A DNA stretch of 64,000 nt from the IMG/VR virus record IMGVR_UViG_2740892229_000011, one strand, 5' to 3'. Numbering within the stretch: the stretch's first letter is position 1; each line of letters opens with the position of its first letter. The translations under genes and the position numbers were made by a program. The notes under the pieces are model-generated. The model made no database searches and was not told the DNA's origin. It worked only from the letters and a program-made list of their open reading frames with translations. The stretch is from a virus (Duplodnaviria > Heunggongvirae > Uroviricota > Caudoviricetes). Positions 31,801-40,479 of this stretch are shown here, piece by piece.

Positions 31801-32386
31801 CATAGATGCAGTTAAAGCCTCACGTCCGTTTGAGATGAACCCCAAACGTTCGGCTGAGATTAACGTGCTCATGACACGGATGGCGGCTGAAATGGGCTTA
31901 GGTGATGAACTAATCCGCCCCAGCATTGGTATTAAGCCGAAAATCATGATCATTCTGGACAATGCAAACGGCAATGATGCTCGAACCGGTTACTTCATGG
32001 AGAACGGATACGACGATTTTAAGGCCAAGCTGTTGACGGCTGGAGATTTGCGCATGGGCGATCTGTATGTCACAGGCGTTTGCAAAAAGGTGAAAGACAA
32101 AGAAAAGGACTACACCAAAGACGAGATCGGCCAGTTCACCGACTTTATGCGTGAAGAGATCAATCTGGTACGTCCGACCTATGTGCTGACGTGTGGCAGT
32201 CGGGCAACGGCATTGTTTAACAACAAAAACAAGCCATCCGATTTAGTCGGTAGGAAGGAGTATCTTCCAGACCTTGACGTTACAGTCTTTTACGGGTTTA
32301 ACCCCAACATTCTTTACTTCAGACCTGAAGAGGGAGAACGACTAGAAGCGATATTAGCCGACGTAGCAGAAACTATTAAGTCGTGA
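28868..32386 (+). CDS. DNA polymerase III alpha-like (DnaE-family) replicative polymerase with N-terminal PHP domain
   Basis: 1172 aa; PHP-like N-terminus 'MVRTDFSLGESALKAENAVKIAREAGYTAV'; palm region 'GLIKLDVLGLATLDLL' characteristic of the C-family polymerase core. Confidence 0.75.
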   Translation: MKALMVRTDFSLGESALKAENAVKIAREAGYTAVISADSMNIASVIPLQRAAGDDMAVICGVKLNIVDDPTYEHRAKLAKESKGCMESLERGRNYSFTALIKNEKGYRDICELMTAANTREQFYFVPRLSLEQLVSTYAKGNIILLTSDIGSVFQRNDFAKIISTLITAGGKDNFYSVVYPHPTPFYDQINVRAMKVASALKIEPVAFYPAYYESIDDADIKDIAHMVTNNIKIDQPHRLRIPHQRDNAVNGRRHLLEALKAFSVRMDVPVTAAMASTTQDTIIDACTWRWHELPPALPKMADDEPATLMKLAVAGLRKRLTTKEFGYTPPASENRVYVERLKYEMDTLTRLGFCGYFLMVRDLMNHSRETGIPVGPGRGSSAGSLVAWCIGITNVDPIRHGLLFERFINPERLDLPDADLDFSQARRHEVIEYLNERYGEDYVAGIPNFTYLGAASALRDTARIYGVESADMAVSKELRNVEDDSLPLEELREQLASLDKYATKYPDAFNAACKLQSLMRGFGRHAAGMIVAGVPLTERTPVERRGDARCIAFDKRYCEAMGLIKLDVLGLATLDLLDSAKRYIKENTGEDINLDAISLEDRKVLDGFAAGYTQGVFQLESGPMRKLLKDLGGGIEPMSFKTVVATTALFRPGPIQSGMLDDYVSVAKGFMTPESLHPVLDELTAETNGVILYQEQTMNATRLLAGFTMAEADGVRKAIGKKDMEKMKSMGEKFIVQAQAGWIDVELEDGTTQRIHRAEHFKCEDGTLKTVEEALEFGAKLPINAVRVTASHPGLSEMKAKEIWTAFEKNGAYQFNKSHSVAYSLISYQSMWLKTHYPAEFFAAALTILGEDKHQGLVKDALTYGIRVLPPDVNVSSNRIEIRTLEDGSQVLYAPFSAVKGCSENGCQAIMRAREKVGGKFESLAQFEEAVEKRACNSRVRESLQKVGAFASIEPGSLPATDPERLRDQAELMGNLVIDAVKASRPFEMNPKRSAEINVLMTRMAAEMGLGDELIRPSIGIKPKIMIILDNANGNDARTGYFMENGYDDFKAKLLTAGDLRMGDLYVTGVCKKVKDKEKDYTKDEIGQFTDFMREEINLVRPTYVLTCGSRATALFNNKNKPSDLVGRKEYLPDLDVTVFYGFNPNILYFRPEEGERLEAILADVAETIKS

Positions 32387-32511
32387 TCCAATAAACATGG
32401 CCTCTATGGCCATGTTTTCTCTTATCCCCTCATATCCCCTATCCTCGAACTCCTTGCCTTATCATCACAATGATATAATCAATATAAGATGATAAGTAAA
32501 AAGGAAAGCAC

Positions 32512-32943
32512 ATGATCACCGATATTTACGAGAAAATAATGTCTGATCTCGAGTTTGACCGAGACAATCTGGAGGAAGTCTGGCGTAGACAACCCCGCCT
32601 TTTAATGGAGTATGGCTCAAAACTCGCTCATGCAGAAAGAAGTGTCGCAGAGGCAAAACTTAACCTTGAAGCTGTTGAAGCAAAGCTATACGACACAGAG
32701 CGTAAGAACTTGAGTATGAACGGCATTAAGTTCAACGAGTCTGTACTGGACGCTAAGGTTAAAACAAACCCACAGTATCTATCTAAACGTCAGAAGTTGG
32801 ATGACGCACGGCACATAGCAGACATATACAAACATGCTGTCGCCGCCTTTTCGCATCGCCGAGACATGATCGTTCAGGCGTCGAAGATGGCCATTGTTGA
32901 ATTAGAGCGATTAGGCTCCGAACGCTTTATTACTCCCCGTTGA
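32512..32943 (+). CDS. Hypothetical coiled-coil protein
   Basis: 143-aa ORF, helical/charged composition. Confidence 0.4.
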   Translation: MITDIYEKIMSDLEFDRDNLEEVWRRQPRLLMEYGSKLAHAERSVAEAKLNLEAVEAKLYDTERKNLSMNGIKFNESVLDAKVKTNPQYLSKRQKLDDARHIADIYKHAVAAFSHRRDMIVQASKMAIVELERLGSERFITPR

Positions 32944-33060
32944 TTTTTGATAGATAATAAGTAAGTACTGATCTATCATTTAACAGCTCGAAAGAGCCAC
33001 GAATGAACGAAAGCCCAACGCGCATAGCGCCATCGGCCAAATCACAACAAGGAGAAACAC

Positions 33061-34089
33061 ATGTCTAAGACATTACTTGATTTGCTTAACAAAACTCGTG
33101 AAGACATTGCCGCCAAACGTGGTAACAACGTTGATCTGACTCGCTTAAAAGACGGCGTCAACTATATCCGCATCTTCCCGAATAAAGACGACCCAAACGG
33201 TAAGTTCTTCCAGACTTTCGGTATGCACTACGTTAAGTATCAGAACGAGGAAGGTAAAGAAGCAACCAACGCTTATATTTGTGAGCAACATACTCACGGT
33301 CGCGCTTGTCAGCTATGCGAAATGGTGATGGAAGGTCGCGCTCGTCACAAGGGTAACAAAGCAATGGAAGAACGCATCGGTCAAATGCGTGCCACTCCTC
33401 GCTACCTGGTCAACGGCATTCTTTCTGCTCGTGAGGATTTCGCAGATGCTGAGAAATGCCAGTTAATCGAGCTGCCGTCTACTGTATTCGATGATATCTG
33501 CAAAGCAATCACCGAAGACATCGCTGATGATATCGGCAATCCACTGAGCAAAGAGGAAGGCTACGCATTCCTGATTAAACGTACTGGCTCTGGTCGCGAT
33601 ACCAAATATGACGTCTCGCCTAAGCGTAAAGTCTACAAAGGCGATATCGAAGATAAATTCTGGAACACCCAGCATGATCTGATCGCATACGCAAATCAGG
33701 CTGATGAAACTCGTCTTCTGTCGACAGTTCGCACTATGGGTCGTCTGATTGGCATCGCTGCACCAACTGCCGCAGCATCTGCACCAGCAATATCCTCAAC
33801 CGCGAAAACATCGGCTGCGGCACTACCTGGATTTGGCTCTGTCACTGGTCATACAGAAGGAGCGACGGCTGTAGCAACCGCGCACACACCGGCTTCTGAA
33901 CCAACCAGTCTGGTTGATGAAGAAATCCTCCGTGCCGTTGAAACTGAATTTAAACCAGAGGCAAGTTCCGCTGCCGTTGCCGTATCAGTCAAAGAGTCTG
34001 AAGCAGTCGCAGCGACATCTGTAGCAACCGCATCTGCGACGGAAGATGAAGGTCTGGATGACCTACTGAGAGAGCTGGACTCTCTGTAA
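33061..34089 (+). CDS. gp32-like single-stranded DNA-binding protein
   Basis: 'IRIFPNKDDPNGKFF', a Cys/His cluster 'YICEQHTHGRACQLCE', and an acidic C-terminal tail 'EDEGLDDLLRELDSL' parallel the T4 gp32 layout as recalled. Confidence 0.55.
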   Translation: MSKTLLDLLNKTREDIAAKRGNNVDLTRLKDGVNYIRIFPNKDDPNGKFFQTFGMHYVKYQNEEGKEATNAYICEQHTHGRACQLCEMVMEGRARHKGNKAMEERIGQMRATPRYLVNGILSAREDFADAEKCQLIELPSTVFDDICKAITEDIADDIGNPLSKEEGYAFLIKRTGSGRDTKYDVSPKRKVYKGDIEDKFWNTQHDLIAYANQADETRLLSTVRTMGRLIGIAAPTAAASAPAISSTAKTSAAALPGFGSVTGHTEGATAVATAHTPASEPTSLVDEEILRAVETEFKPEASSAAVAVSVKESEAVAATSVATASATEDEGLDDLLRELDSL

Positions 34090-34105
34090 TCCCATTACGT
34101 GACCA

Positions 34106-34134
34106 GTAAGGCGTCTACGGACGCCTTACTTTTT
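34106..34134 (+). terminator. Rho-independent terminator after SSB gene
   Basis: 'gtaaggcgtctacggacgccttac' hairpin followed by 'ttttt'. Confidence 0.55.
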
Positions 34135-34149
34135 GGAAGGAATGTACCG

Positions 34150-35094
34150 GTGAATTATCTCTTCGTAGATGGCAATAGCCTGGGTTATTACCACCAACAA
34201 TCTGACAAATTGCACAACGGCGAAATGGAAGTACAGGCTGCTTTCGGCTTTGTTAAGAACGTCCGTCGTTATGCCTCCATCCTCCATGCCCGACCTATGA
34301 TTCTTTGGGATGGATTTAGTGACAAGCGTCGCGACTTTTACCCGGACTACAAAGCAAATCGCGACGACGATCCTGATATGAAAAAGATGAAGGAAGGCTT
34401 TGCTATCCAGAAGCCATACATCCTCAAAATGATGACCGCGCTTGGAGTTACCCAACTCATTGCAAAAGATGCAGAAGCGGATGATCTGGCCGGGCTGCTG
34501 GTATCCCGCATGGCACCGCAGCCAACCGTTGAACACATCTATCTGTTAACAGGCGATAGCGACTGGCTTCAGTTAGTTCGTGAAAACGTAAGCTGGGTAA
34601 GCCTGCGTGAAGACGCCAAAAACAAGCAGGTTAATTTTGAGCAATTTGCGGAGCTGACAGGATTCGCCACGCCTCGCGCATTTTTGGAAGCAAAAGCATT
34701 ACAAGGCGATAACTCGGACAACATTAGCGGTGTTGGTGGCATTGGTGCTGGCGGTGCGAAAGAGCTGCTGCATGAATGGGGAAGTGTCGCAACGATGGTA
34801 CGCGGCATCAACGACGGCTCAATCGTGGTTAATAAAGGGCGTCATAAGACCGCCTTCAACAAACTAGCGAAGAATGCCTTCAACGAGAAAACAGGCTGTC
34901 GAATGCTCGAAGCGTTCAAGAGAAACATCACGCTAATGAACCTGATTGAGACGAAGTTTCCGCCTACCGAAATCGAAACAATCAAAGGCAATCGTGACGT
35001 GAAAGCATTCGAGCAACTGTGCTACGAGCTGAATTTCCGTTCGTTCCTTGAAGACCTTGAAGTGTTTGTTCTTCCATTCGAAAGGTATTGCTAA
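34150..35094 (+). CDS. 5'-3' exonuclease / flap endonuclease (RNase H-like fold)
   Basis: 'LFVDGNSLGYY', 'YKANRDDDP', 'DAEADDLAG', 'LLTGDSDWLQLV' match 5'-nuclease family motifs. The listed ORF starts at GTG 34099 inside the upstream terminator, so GTG 34150 is preferred. Confidence 0.7.
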   Translation: MNYLFVDGNSLGYYHQQSDKLHNGEMEVQAAFGFVKNVRRYASILHARPMILWDGFSDKRRDFYPDYKANRDDDPDMKKMKEGFAIQKPYILKMMTALGVTQLIAKDAEADDLAGLLVSRMAPQPTVEHIYLLTGDSDWLQLVRENVSWVSLREDAKNKQVNFEQFAELTGFATPRAFLEAKALQGDNSDNISGVGGIGAGGAKELLHEWGSVATMVRGINDGSIVVNKGRHKTAFNKLAKNAFNEKTGCRMLEAFKRNITLMNLIETKFPPTEIETIKGNRDVKAFEQLCYELNFRSFLEDLEVFVLPFERYC

Positions 35095-35360
35095 TGCTTA
35101 AATCGATTATCAATGGCGCTACAACCACCCCTGCCCAACTGGCAAAAGAGATTGTCTTTTATCACGGTGAGTACGCTGTCATCGCACTGCCGTCAATTCT
35201 AGGCGCTGCCGGAATGAAAGCGACAGATCGCGAGTTTGGATTAGTCAGCGAGCAGGTCGTAAAAATCCTCGCTCGTGTATCCAGACTCCTTAACCACGAT
35301 GCGATTGTATTCGATGAATCCGCCGCTTTAAAACGAATCAACGAAACAAAAGGAGCCTGA
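35088..35360 (+). CDS. Hypothetical protein
   Basis: 90-aa ORF between nuclease and recA. Confidence 0.35.
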   Translation: MLMLKSIINGATTTPAQLAKEIVFYHGEYAVIALPSILGAAGMKATDREFGLVSEQVVKILARVSRLLNHDAIVFDESAALKRINETKGA

Positions 35361-35362
35361 TC

Positions 35363-37702
35363 ATGGCAAAAGGAAAATCCGCACTGGCACTTGCTCTGAA
35401 AAAGAAAATCGGTAGCAACGACGAAATTCAGAAAGTAACTCATTGGATTGATACAGGCTTTCCACCGTTAAACAAAGCTATTTCTGGTCGTTACGATGGC
35501 GGCTTCCCATGTGGTCGTATCGTCGAAGTATTCGGTCCTCCAAGTGCAGGGAAATGTGTTACCGCAGACACCATGCTGCTGACGGAGCGTGGAATGGTAA
35601 CAGTGAAAGAGTTGTTTGAGATTGAAGGGTACAAAGCGACATGCACTACTCGCGATGTAGAGCATAACGTTGGACTCATCAATGAAAATGGCGTGATAGA
35701 GAAGACCTCACACCTGACATGGAACAACCGTCGCAAATTCAAGCGTATTAAGCTGGCATCAGGCGGTTATATCGAGGCTACGTTCCGTCACCCAATCCGT
35801 GTGGTTGACGACTTAGGTAATGTCGTCTGGCGACATGCTGAAAAAATCAGTGTAGGCGACACGATTCCTTCAATGGTTGGCACACATCAATTCGGCGATC
35901 AGCACCTGGATGCCAATATCGCAAAACTGATGGGCTATTTAATTGCTGACGGATACGTGGCCTCTGAAAATTCAGTGAATTTTTCTAACACAGATCCTTT
36001 CATCAAGGATGAGTACTACCGCCTCATTTCGCTGGTATCAGACAAGATGCCAGTTACGAGAAAACATAACGGCTCGGAAGACCATGTGCTGTTTAGCAAA
36101 GAGGTGCGTTCGCTGCTTTTTAAAGAATATGGTCTGGAGTATGAGAAAGCTGCTGGCAAGCAGGTTCCGTTGAGTGTGCGTCGCGCCAATAGCGAGGCTC
36201 AAATTGCATTCCTTCGCGGCTACTTTGAGCTGGAATGCCACGTCAATGATGGTCGCTGCATTGAGGTTGTGAGCGCGAGTGGGCTGCTGCTACAGCAAAT
36301 TCGCCTCATGCTCCTGAATCTGGGGATTACGTCAACTATCTCTGAAAAACACGTCGCGGGTTATGAAAATACATATTACCGGCTGTCATTCAGTGGCTCT
36401 AATTACGACCTTTTTCTGTCAACGATTGGTTTCGAATCTCCGGCACGTTTATCAGTGGCAACCAAACGGGACATTGGTTTTGACCGCACTTACTCAGGCT
36501 ATGTTCCGCACATCAGCGGCTTAGTGAAATCACTCTACGAGTCGCTCACCAAGACCACCCGTGAAGACTACGCTCTGGTAGACCACGTTATTGGCCGCGG
36601 CGATCGTGTCGGAATAGACAAACTGCGAGAAATCTATGTCTCCTTCATTGGCAGAAAGAATCGTTTTAACGAGCATCTGTTTGCACAACTGGCAGCGGTA
36701 ATTGGCTCTAACTTGTTCTACGACGAAGTCGTGGCTATTGAGGAAGGTGAAGCACCAACGTTCGACGTAGCGATGCCGGAAACACACTCTTTCTGGTCTA
36801 ACGGGATTATCAGCCACAACACATTCCTTGCAACAGCAGCGATGATCTCCGCTCAAAAACAAGATGGTCTGGCGGTATTCCTCGATCATGAAAACAGTTT
36901 TGACGTTGGCCTGGCTGTAGCCAATGGCCTGAACGCAGATGAGGATGACGGTCAGTGGGTATACAAGCAGCCAGATACCTTCGAAGACTCTGTAGAGTTG
37001 ATCGGCACAATACTTAAATTGGTTCGTGATGAAGAGCTTATCCCCGAATCAGCACCTATCTGTATCGTGGCTGACTCACTTGCGTCTATGGTTCCGAACT
37101 CCAAAGCCGAGAAGTTCGAAAAGATGGCTGAAGGCACTGCCAAAGACAAAGATCAGCTAAACATGAACGACAATACGGCACTGGCTCGTGCGACAAGTGC
37201 GAACTTCCCTACTCTGGCTTTGTGGGCACGCAAATACAACGCCTGCATCATCTTCTTGAATCAGGTTCGCACAAAAATCGGTGTAATGTTTGGCGACCCT
37301 ACTACGTCGCCAGGTGGAGATTCACCGAAGTTCTACGCTTCTGTACGTATCCGTCTTGGTGCATCGGTGATGAAGGATGGTAAAGAGAAGATCGGCCAGG
37401 ACGTAGGCGCAGAATGCATCAAAAACAAAGTTGCACCACCGTATGGCAAATGCACCTGGAAATTCTACTTCGATCCTACTCGTGGCCTCGACGTTATCGA
37501 ATCGCTCGTCGAGTACATGCTGGAAGAAGGATACCTGCCAAAGAACGCCAGCGGGCGAGTTGAAATTGGTGACAAGAAATACACCAAATCGCAGATCGTC
37601 GAGATGTATCGGGAGAAGCCACTGGCTGAAATCATTGCGGCTTTGCAGGCAATCGACGACCGAAGAGCAAAAGACAACCCCACCGAGTCAGTAGAAGAGT
37701 AA
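35363..37702 (+). CDS. recA: RecA-family recombinase interrupted by an in-frame intein
   Basis: N-extein ends with P-loop 'GPPSAGK'; C-extein contains RecA signatures 'IIFLNQVRTKIGVMFGDPTTSPGGDSPKFYASVRIRLG'; exteins total about 357 aa, the size of a RecA. Confidence 0.8.
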   Translation: MAKGKSALALALKKKIGSNDEIQKVTHWIDTGFPPLNKAISGRYDGGFPCGRIVEVFGPPSAGKCVTADTMLLTERGMVTVKELFEIEGYKATCTTRDVEHNVGLINENGVIEKTSHLTWNNRRKFKRIKLASGGYIEATFRHPIRVVDDLGNVVWRHAEKISVGDTIPSMVGTHQFGDQHLDANIAKLMGYLIADGYVASENSVNFSNTDPFIKDEYYRLISLVSDKMPVTRKHNGSEDHVLFSKEVRSLLFKEYGLEYEKAAGKQVPLSVRRANSEAQIAFLRGYFELECHVNDGRCIEVVSASGLLLQQIRLMLLNLGITSTISEKHVAGYENTYYRLSFSGSNYDLFLSTIGFESPARLSVATKRDIGFDRTYSGYVPHISGLVKSLYESLTKTTREDYALVDHVIGRGDRVGIDKLREIYVSFIGRKNRFNEHLFAQLAAVIGSNLFYDEVVAIEEGEAPTFDVAMPETHSFWSNGIISHNTFLATAAMISAQKQDGLAVFLDHENSFDVGLAVANGLNADEDDGQWVYKQPDTFEDSVELIGTILKLVRDEELIPESAPICIVADSLASMVPNSKAEKFEKMAEGTAKDKDQLNMNDNTALARATSANFPTLALWARKYNACIIFLNQVRTKIGVMFGDPTTSPGGDSPKFYASVRIRLGASVMKDGKEKIGQDVGAECIKNKVAPPYGKCTWKFYFDPTRGLDVIESLVEYMLEEGYLPKNASGRVEIGDKKYTKSQIVEMYREKPLAEIIAALQAIDDRRAKDNPTESVEE
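35555..36820 (+). other. Intein (about 422 aa) with LAGLIDADG homing-endonuclease domain, inserted in the RecA P-loop
   Basis: Begins with Cys ('K|CVTADTMLL'), ends 'IISHN' followed by Thr (+1); LAGLIDADG-type blocks 'LMGYLIADGYV' and 'FLRGYFELECHV'. Confidence 0.7.
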
Positions 37703-37706
37703 ACAC

Positions 37707-37731
37707 AAGGCGTCCACAGGACGCCTTTTTT
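37707..37731 (+). terminator. Rho-independent terminator after recA
   Basis: 'aaggcgtccacaggacgcctt' followed by 'tttt'. Confidence 0.65.
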
Positions 37732-37794
37732 ATCTCTTGAAAATATATAAGTACTTACTTATTATTTTCGCATAACAACCACATAGGAAAACAC

Positions 37795-37995
37795 ATGATC
37801 AAAATCTATCTATTGGCAGTAGCCACAGGCCTTTCAGTGGCTCTCATCTACGGTTTACTGGTTCCGTCGCTGATTTCTACCAAGAGTGATTTAGCCGTCA
37901 TGTTTGGAGTTATCGTTGGTTTTGGTGCTCCTGTAATCGGTCTTATTGCTGGTCGTAAGTTTATCAACTCATTAATCAAAGCAAAGGGGAAATAA
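37795..37995 (+). CDS. Small membrane protein (possible NfeD-like partner of SPFH protein)
   Basis: 66 aa, two hydrophobic helices; immediately upstream of the SPFH gene. Confidence 0.4.
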   Translation: MIKIYLLAVATGLSVALIYGLLVPSLISTKSDLAVMFGVIVGFGAPVIGLIAGRKFINSLIKAKGK

Positions 37996-37998
37996 GTA

Positions 37999-38829
37999 AT
38001 GAAGAAAGGTTTACTTGCAGTTGCTCTGGCGGCTATTTGCACAATGGGTCTTACTGGCTGTGATCGCGTGGAGCCTGGATACGTTGGCATCAAAGTAAAC
38101 AAATTAGGTGAAGACAAAGGGATCGGTGAAGTGGTTGGCGTTGGTCGCCAATGGACAGGTCTTAACACCGAACTTTACGTATTCCCGACCTTCAAACAAA
38201 TGAAGACCTACGACGAGCCGTTCACATTCCAGATGAGTGACGGTACTGCTATTGGTCACAAAATTGGCGTTGCGTATCTGGTTAATCGTGACAAGGTAAC
38301 GACGGTGTTCCAGACCTATCGCAAAGGCGTAGACGATATCACCGAATCAGATCTGCGTCAGAAAATTGCCGACTCTCTAAACCGTTTGGCCAGCCGTATG
38401 ACCACTGACTCATTTATCGACGGTGGTAAGGCGCAATTGCTGGACAACGCACTGAAAGATATTCAGAAAGAGATGTCTCCGGTTGGTATTGAGGTACTGA
38501 GCCTGTCATGGGTTGGAAAGCCTGATTACCCAAAAACTGTCATTGAATCTATTAACGCCAAAGTAACGGCTAACCAGCGTACTCTGCAACGTCAGCAGGA
38601 AGTTGAACAACGTAAAGCTGAGGCGAATATGCTACGTGAACAGGCTAATGGTGAAGCTGATGCTATCCGTGCTCGTGCGCAAGCAGAAGCAGACGCCATT
38701 CGTCTGCGCGGTGAAGCTCTGCGTCAAAACCCGAACGTTATGGAACTGGAAGCCATCAATAAATGGAATGGCCAGTTACCGCAGTACATGACTCAAGGGG
38801 CTAACACTCCTTTCATTACAGTGAAATAA
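37999..38829 (+). CDS. SPFH / band-7 (prohibitin-like) lipoprotein
   Basis: Signal/lipobox 'MKKGLLAVALAAICTMGLTGC'; SPFH-like core and C-terminal coiled coil 'QRKAEANMLREQANGEADAIRARAQAEADAIRLRGEA'. Confidence 0.6.
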   Translation: MKKGLLAVALAAICTMGLTGCDRVEPGYVGIKVNKLGEDKGIGEVVGVGRQWTGLNTELYVFPTFKQMKTYDEPFTFQMSDGTAIGHKIGVAYLVNRDKVTTVFQTYRKGVDDITESDLRQKIADSLNRLASRMTTDSFIDGGKAQLLDNALKDIQKEMSPVGIEVLSLSWVGKPDYPKTVIESINAKVTANQRTLQRQQEVEQRKAEANMLREQANGEADAIRARAQAEADAIRLRGEALRQNPNVMELEAINKWNGQLPQYMTQGANTPFITVK

Positions 38830-38846
38830 CTCCCCTAAAAAGTTCA

Positions 38847-38871
38847 GGCGTCCAGTTGGACGCCTTTTTTA
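38847..38871 (+). terminator. Rho-independent terminator
   Basis: 'aggcgtccagttggacgcct' followed by 'tttttt'. Confidence 0.65.
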
Positions 38872-38920
38872 TCGCAATTATCTTATTAAGAAAACAATTT
38901 GTTTAAAAGAATAAGAAAAC

Positions 38921-39346
38921 ATGACAGCTATTAAGAAACTCTACGATGCCGCAAACGTGGCTCTGGATGTTATTGATGATGAAGCAGCAAAAGGCTTTCC
39001 TGAACCTGATTGGGCGCATCAGCTACGAAACGCTATCGCCGAAATGAATCCACCAGATCCGACCACCGACGAGACAGACTGGCAGCGATTTATCCGTATG
39101 TACGCTCAGGAAATAGGTCCAACGCCAACGGCAGAGCAAGCAATGCTGCTGAAATACTTCAAAGAGGCGGGAGAGGATTTACCAATTGATGACTCAGCAT
39201 ATTGGTTCCACTGCGCATGGCGTAAGTATGACGTGATATTCACACAAGGCATGGGGAGCAAAGATATGGTTGTGTGGCATCTACTCCATATAGACACAGC
39301 CGTTGACAGAGTTATTGAACAGTTTTTCCCTAAACAAGAAGATTGA
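38921..39346 (+). CDS. Hypothetical protein
   Basis: 141-aa ORF preceded by the 'agaaaacaatttgtttaaaa' palindrome. Confidence 0.4.
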   Translation: MTAIKKLYDAANVALDVIDDEAAKGFPEPDWAHQLRNAIAEMNPPDPTTDETDWQRFIRMYAQEIGPTPTAEQAMLLKYFKEAGEDLPIDDSAYWFHCAWRKYDVIFTQGMGSKDMVVWHLLHIDTAVDRVIEQFFPKQED

Positions 39347-39401
39347 TCGCCTATTCATAACTAACAAAATAAGTAAACACTAACCACAAAAGGAAAAACA
39401 C

Positions 39402-39677
39402 ATGAGAGTTTTAGTTCGAATCGTTACCAGCACTGTCTATGACGTGTTTCCGCTTTTTATGGTCAAAGCCGATGGCCTTAACGACGAAGAAACTGACGCG
39501 CTGATCCAGCGTATTCTCGTTGAATATACAGGTCATGACGCTGATTCAGTGATGGTTGATGATGATGGTGTTTGTTGGCATAACGGCAACTGTTGGTACG
39601 TAGAAGAGACTCAACAAATCAGTGATGAAGATGCCGCACATCTTGAGCGTATTTTAAGCATCAGCACTTTTGAGTGA
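39402..39677 (+). CDS. Hypothetical acidic protein
   Basis: 91-aa ORF with the conserved 'aaaaggaaaaacacatg' initiation context. Confidence 0.4.
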   Translation: MRVLVRIVTSTVYDVFPLFMVKADGLNDEETDALIQRILVEYTGHDADSVMVDDDGVCWHNGNCWYVEETQQISDEDAAHLERILSISTFE

Positions 39678-39716
39678 GTTTACAGTAAAATTTATATAAG
39701 TTAGTGTCTACCTATC

Positions 39717-39896
39717 ATGAAGATTTTTATTGAATACTTGTTACTCATCGTTTCAATAGCTTTTGTCATCGACTGCATTTTCACCGGTGTCATTCGTAAA
39801 GTCTTTTCCCCGGTGAACGACGTAGTCATAAACGCTTTGGCTATCGTGCTCGTATTTAATTCAGCATTTGATGTAATCAAAGAGGTGGCAGCATGA
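39717..39896 (+). CDS. Small hydrophobic membrane protein (59 aa)
   Basis: ORF below the 60-aa track threshold found by hand: 'MKIFIEYLLLIVSIAFVIDCIFTGVIRKVF...'; its stop overlaps the next start. Confidence 0.3.
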   Translation: MKIFIEYLLLIVSIAFVIDCIFTGVIRKVFSPVNDVVINALAIVLVFNSAFDVIKEVAA

Positions 39897-40228
39897 AGGC
39901 CATCCCATTCGCGCTGTTGTTCCTTTCTTCGATCGTTGTGGCCGACACCACTGTTTATCAGTGTGAAATGTCTGTAGCCGACGTTAAGAATGGCGCTCTT
40001 ACCGACGTCATAAAAGCACCATATGGAGCGATGGTCGTAGACAGCGGCGACCAGTTCTATGTTGTGCGTGACGATCGAGTGTTGTCATCCCCATATCTCA
40101 CAAATCGTAATGGCAAATTAACCGGCGTCGGAGAAGACCACTTCGTATACAACAAATACAAGGGCTTCTATGGTGTTCACGCTTCTCAGCAAAGCTACCT
40201 TTTCGATGACTGCAAGGAGGTTGGATAA
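39893..40228 (+). CDS. Secreted small protein
   Basis: Signal peptide 'MKAIPFALLFLSSIVVA'; 111 aa. Confidence 0.4.
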   Translation: MKAIPFALLFLSSIVVADTTVYQCEMSVADVKNGALTDVIKAPYGAMVVDSGDQFYVVRDDRVLSSPYLTNRNGKLTGVGEDHFVYNKYKGFYGVHASQQSYLFDDCKEVG

Positions 40229-40440
40229 TGGCATTAACACTGGCAGGTCTGGAAATCGAGAAAACAAGCGGCTACTGGCGTGCTAAGGGTTTCAAGCAGC
40301 CTGGCATTCTTGAGCGTCTGGAACGTGAAGATGGGTATATCGTCCACCAGCGGCGTGAATGGCGTATGTACGATCCAGAAACAGGAAAACTGACTACAAA
40401 AGCCGGAACACTTTGGGGTCTGTTAAAGAAAATACACTAA
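40228..40440 (+). CDS. Hypothetical small protein
   Basis: 70-aa ORF overlapping previous stop. Confidence 0.35.
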   Translation: MALTLAGLEIEKTSGYWRAKGFKQPGILERLEREDGYIVHQRREWRMYDPETGKLTTKAGTLWGLLKKIH

Positions 40441-40479
40441 ATGCAAACTGACTGCGGTACGTTCCGCAGTCATATTTCA

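Noticed and set aside
29204-31974. Several minus-strand ORFs of 67-171 aa inside the DNA polymerase gene
   Set aside because: All lie antisense within a 1172-aa ORF with clear polymerase motifs; typical shadow ORFs.
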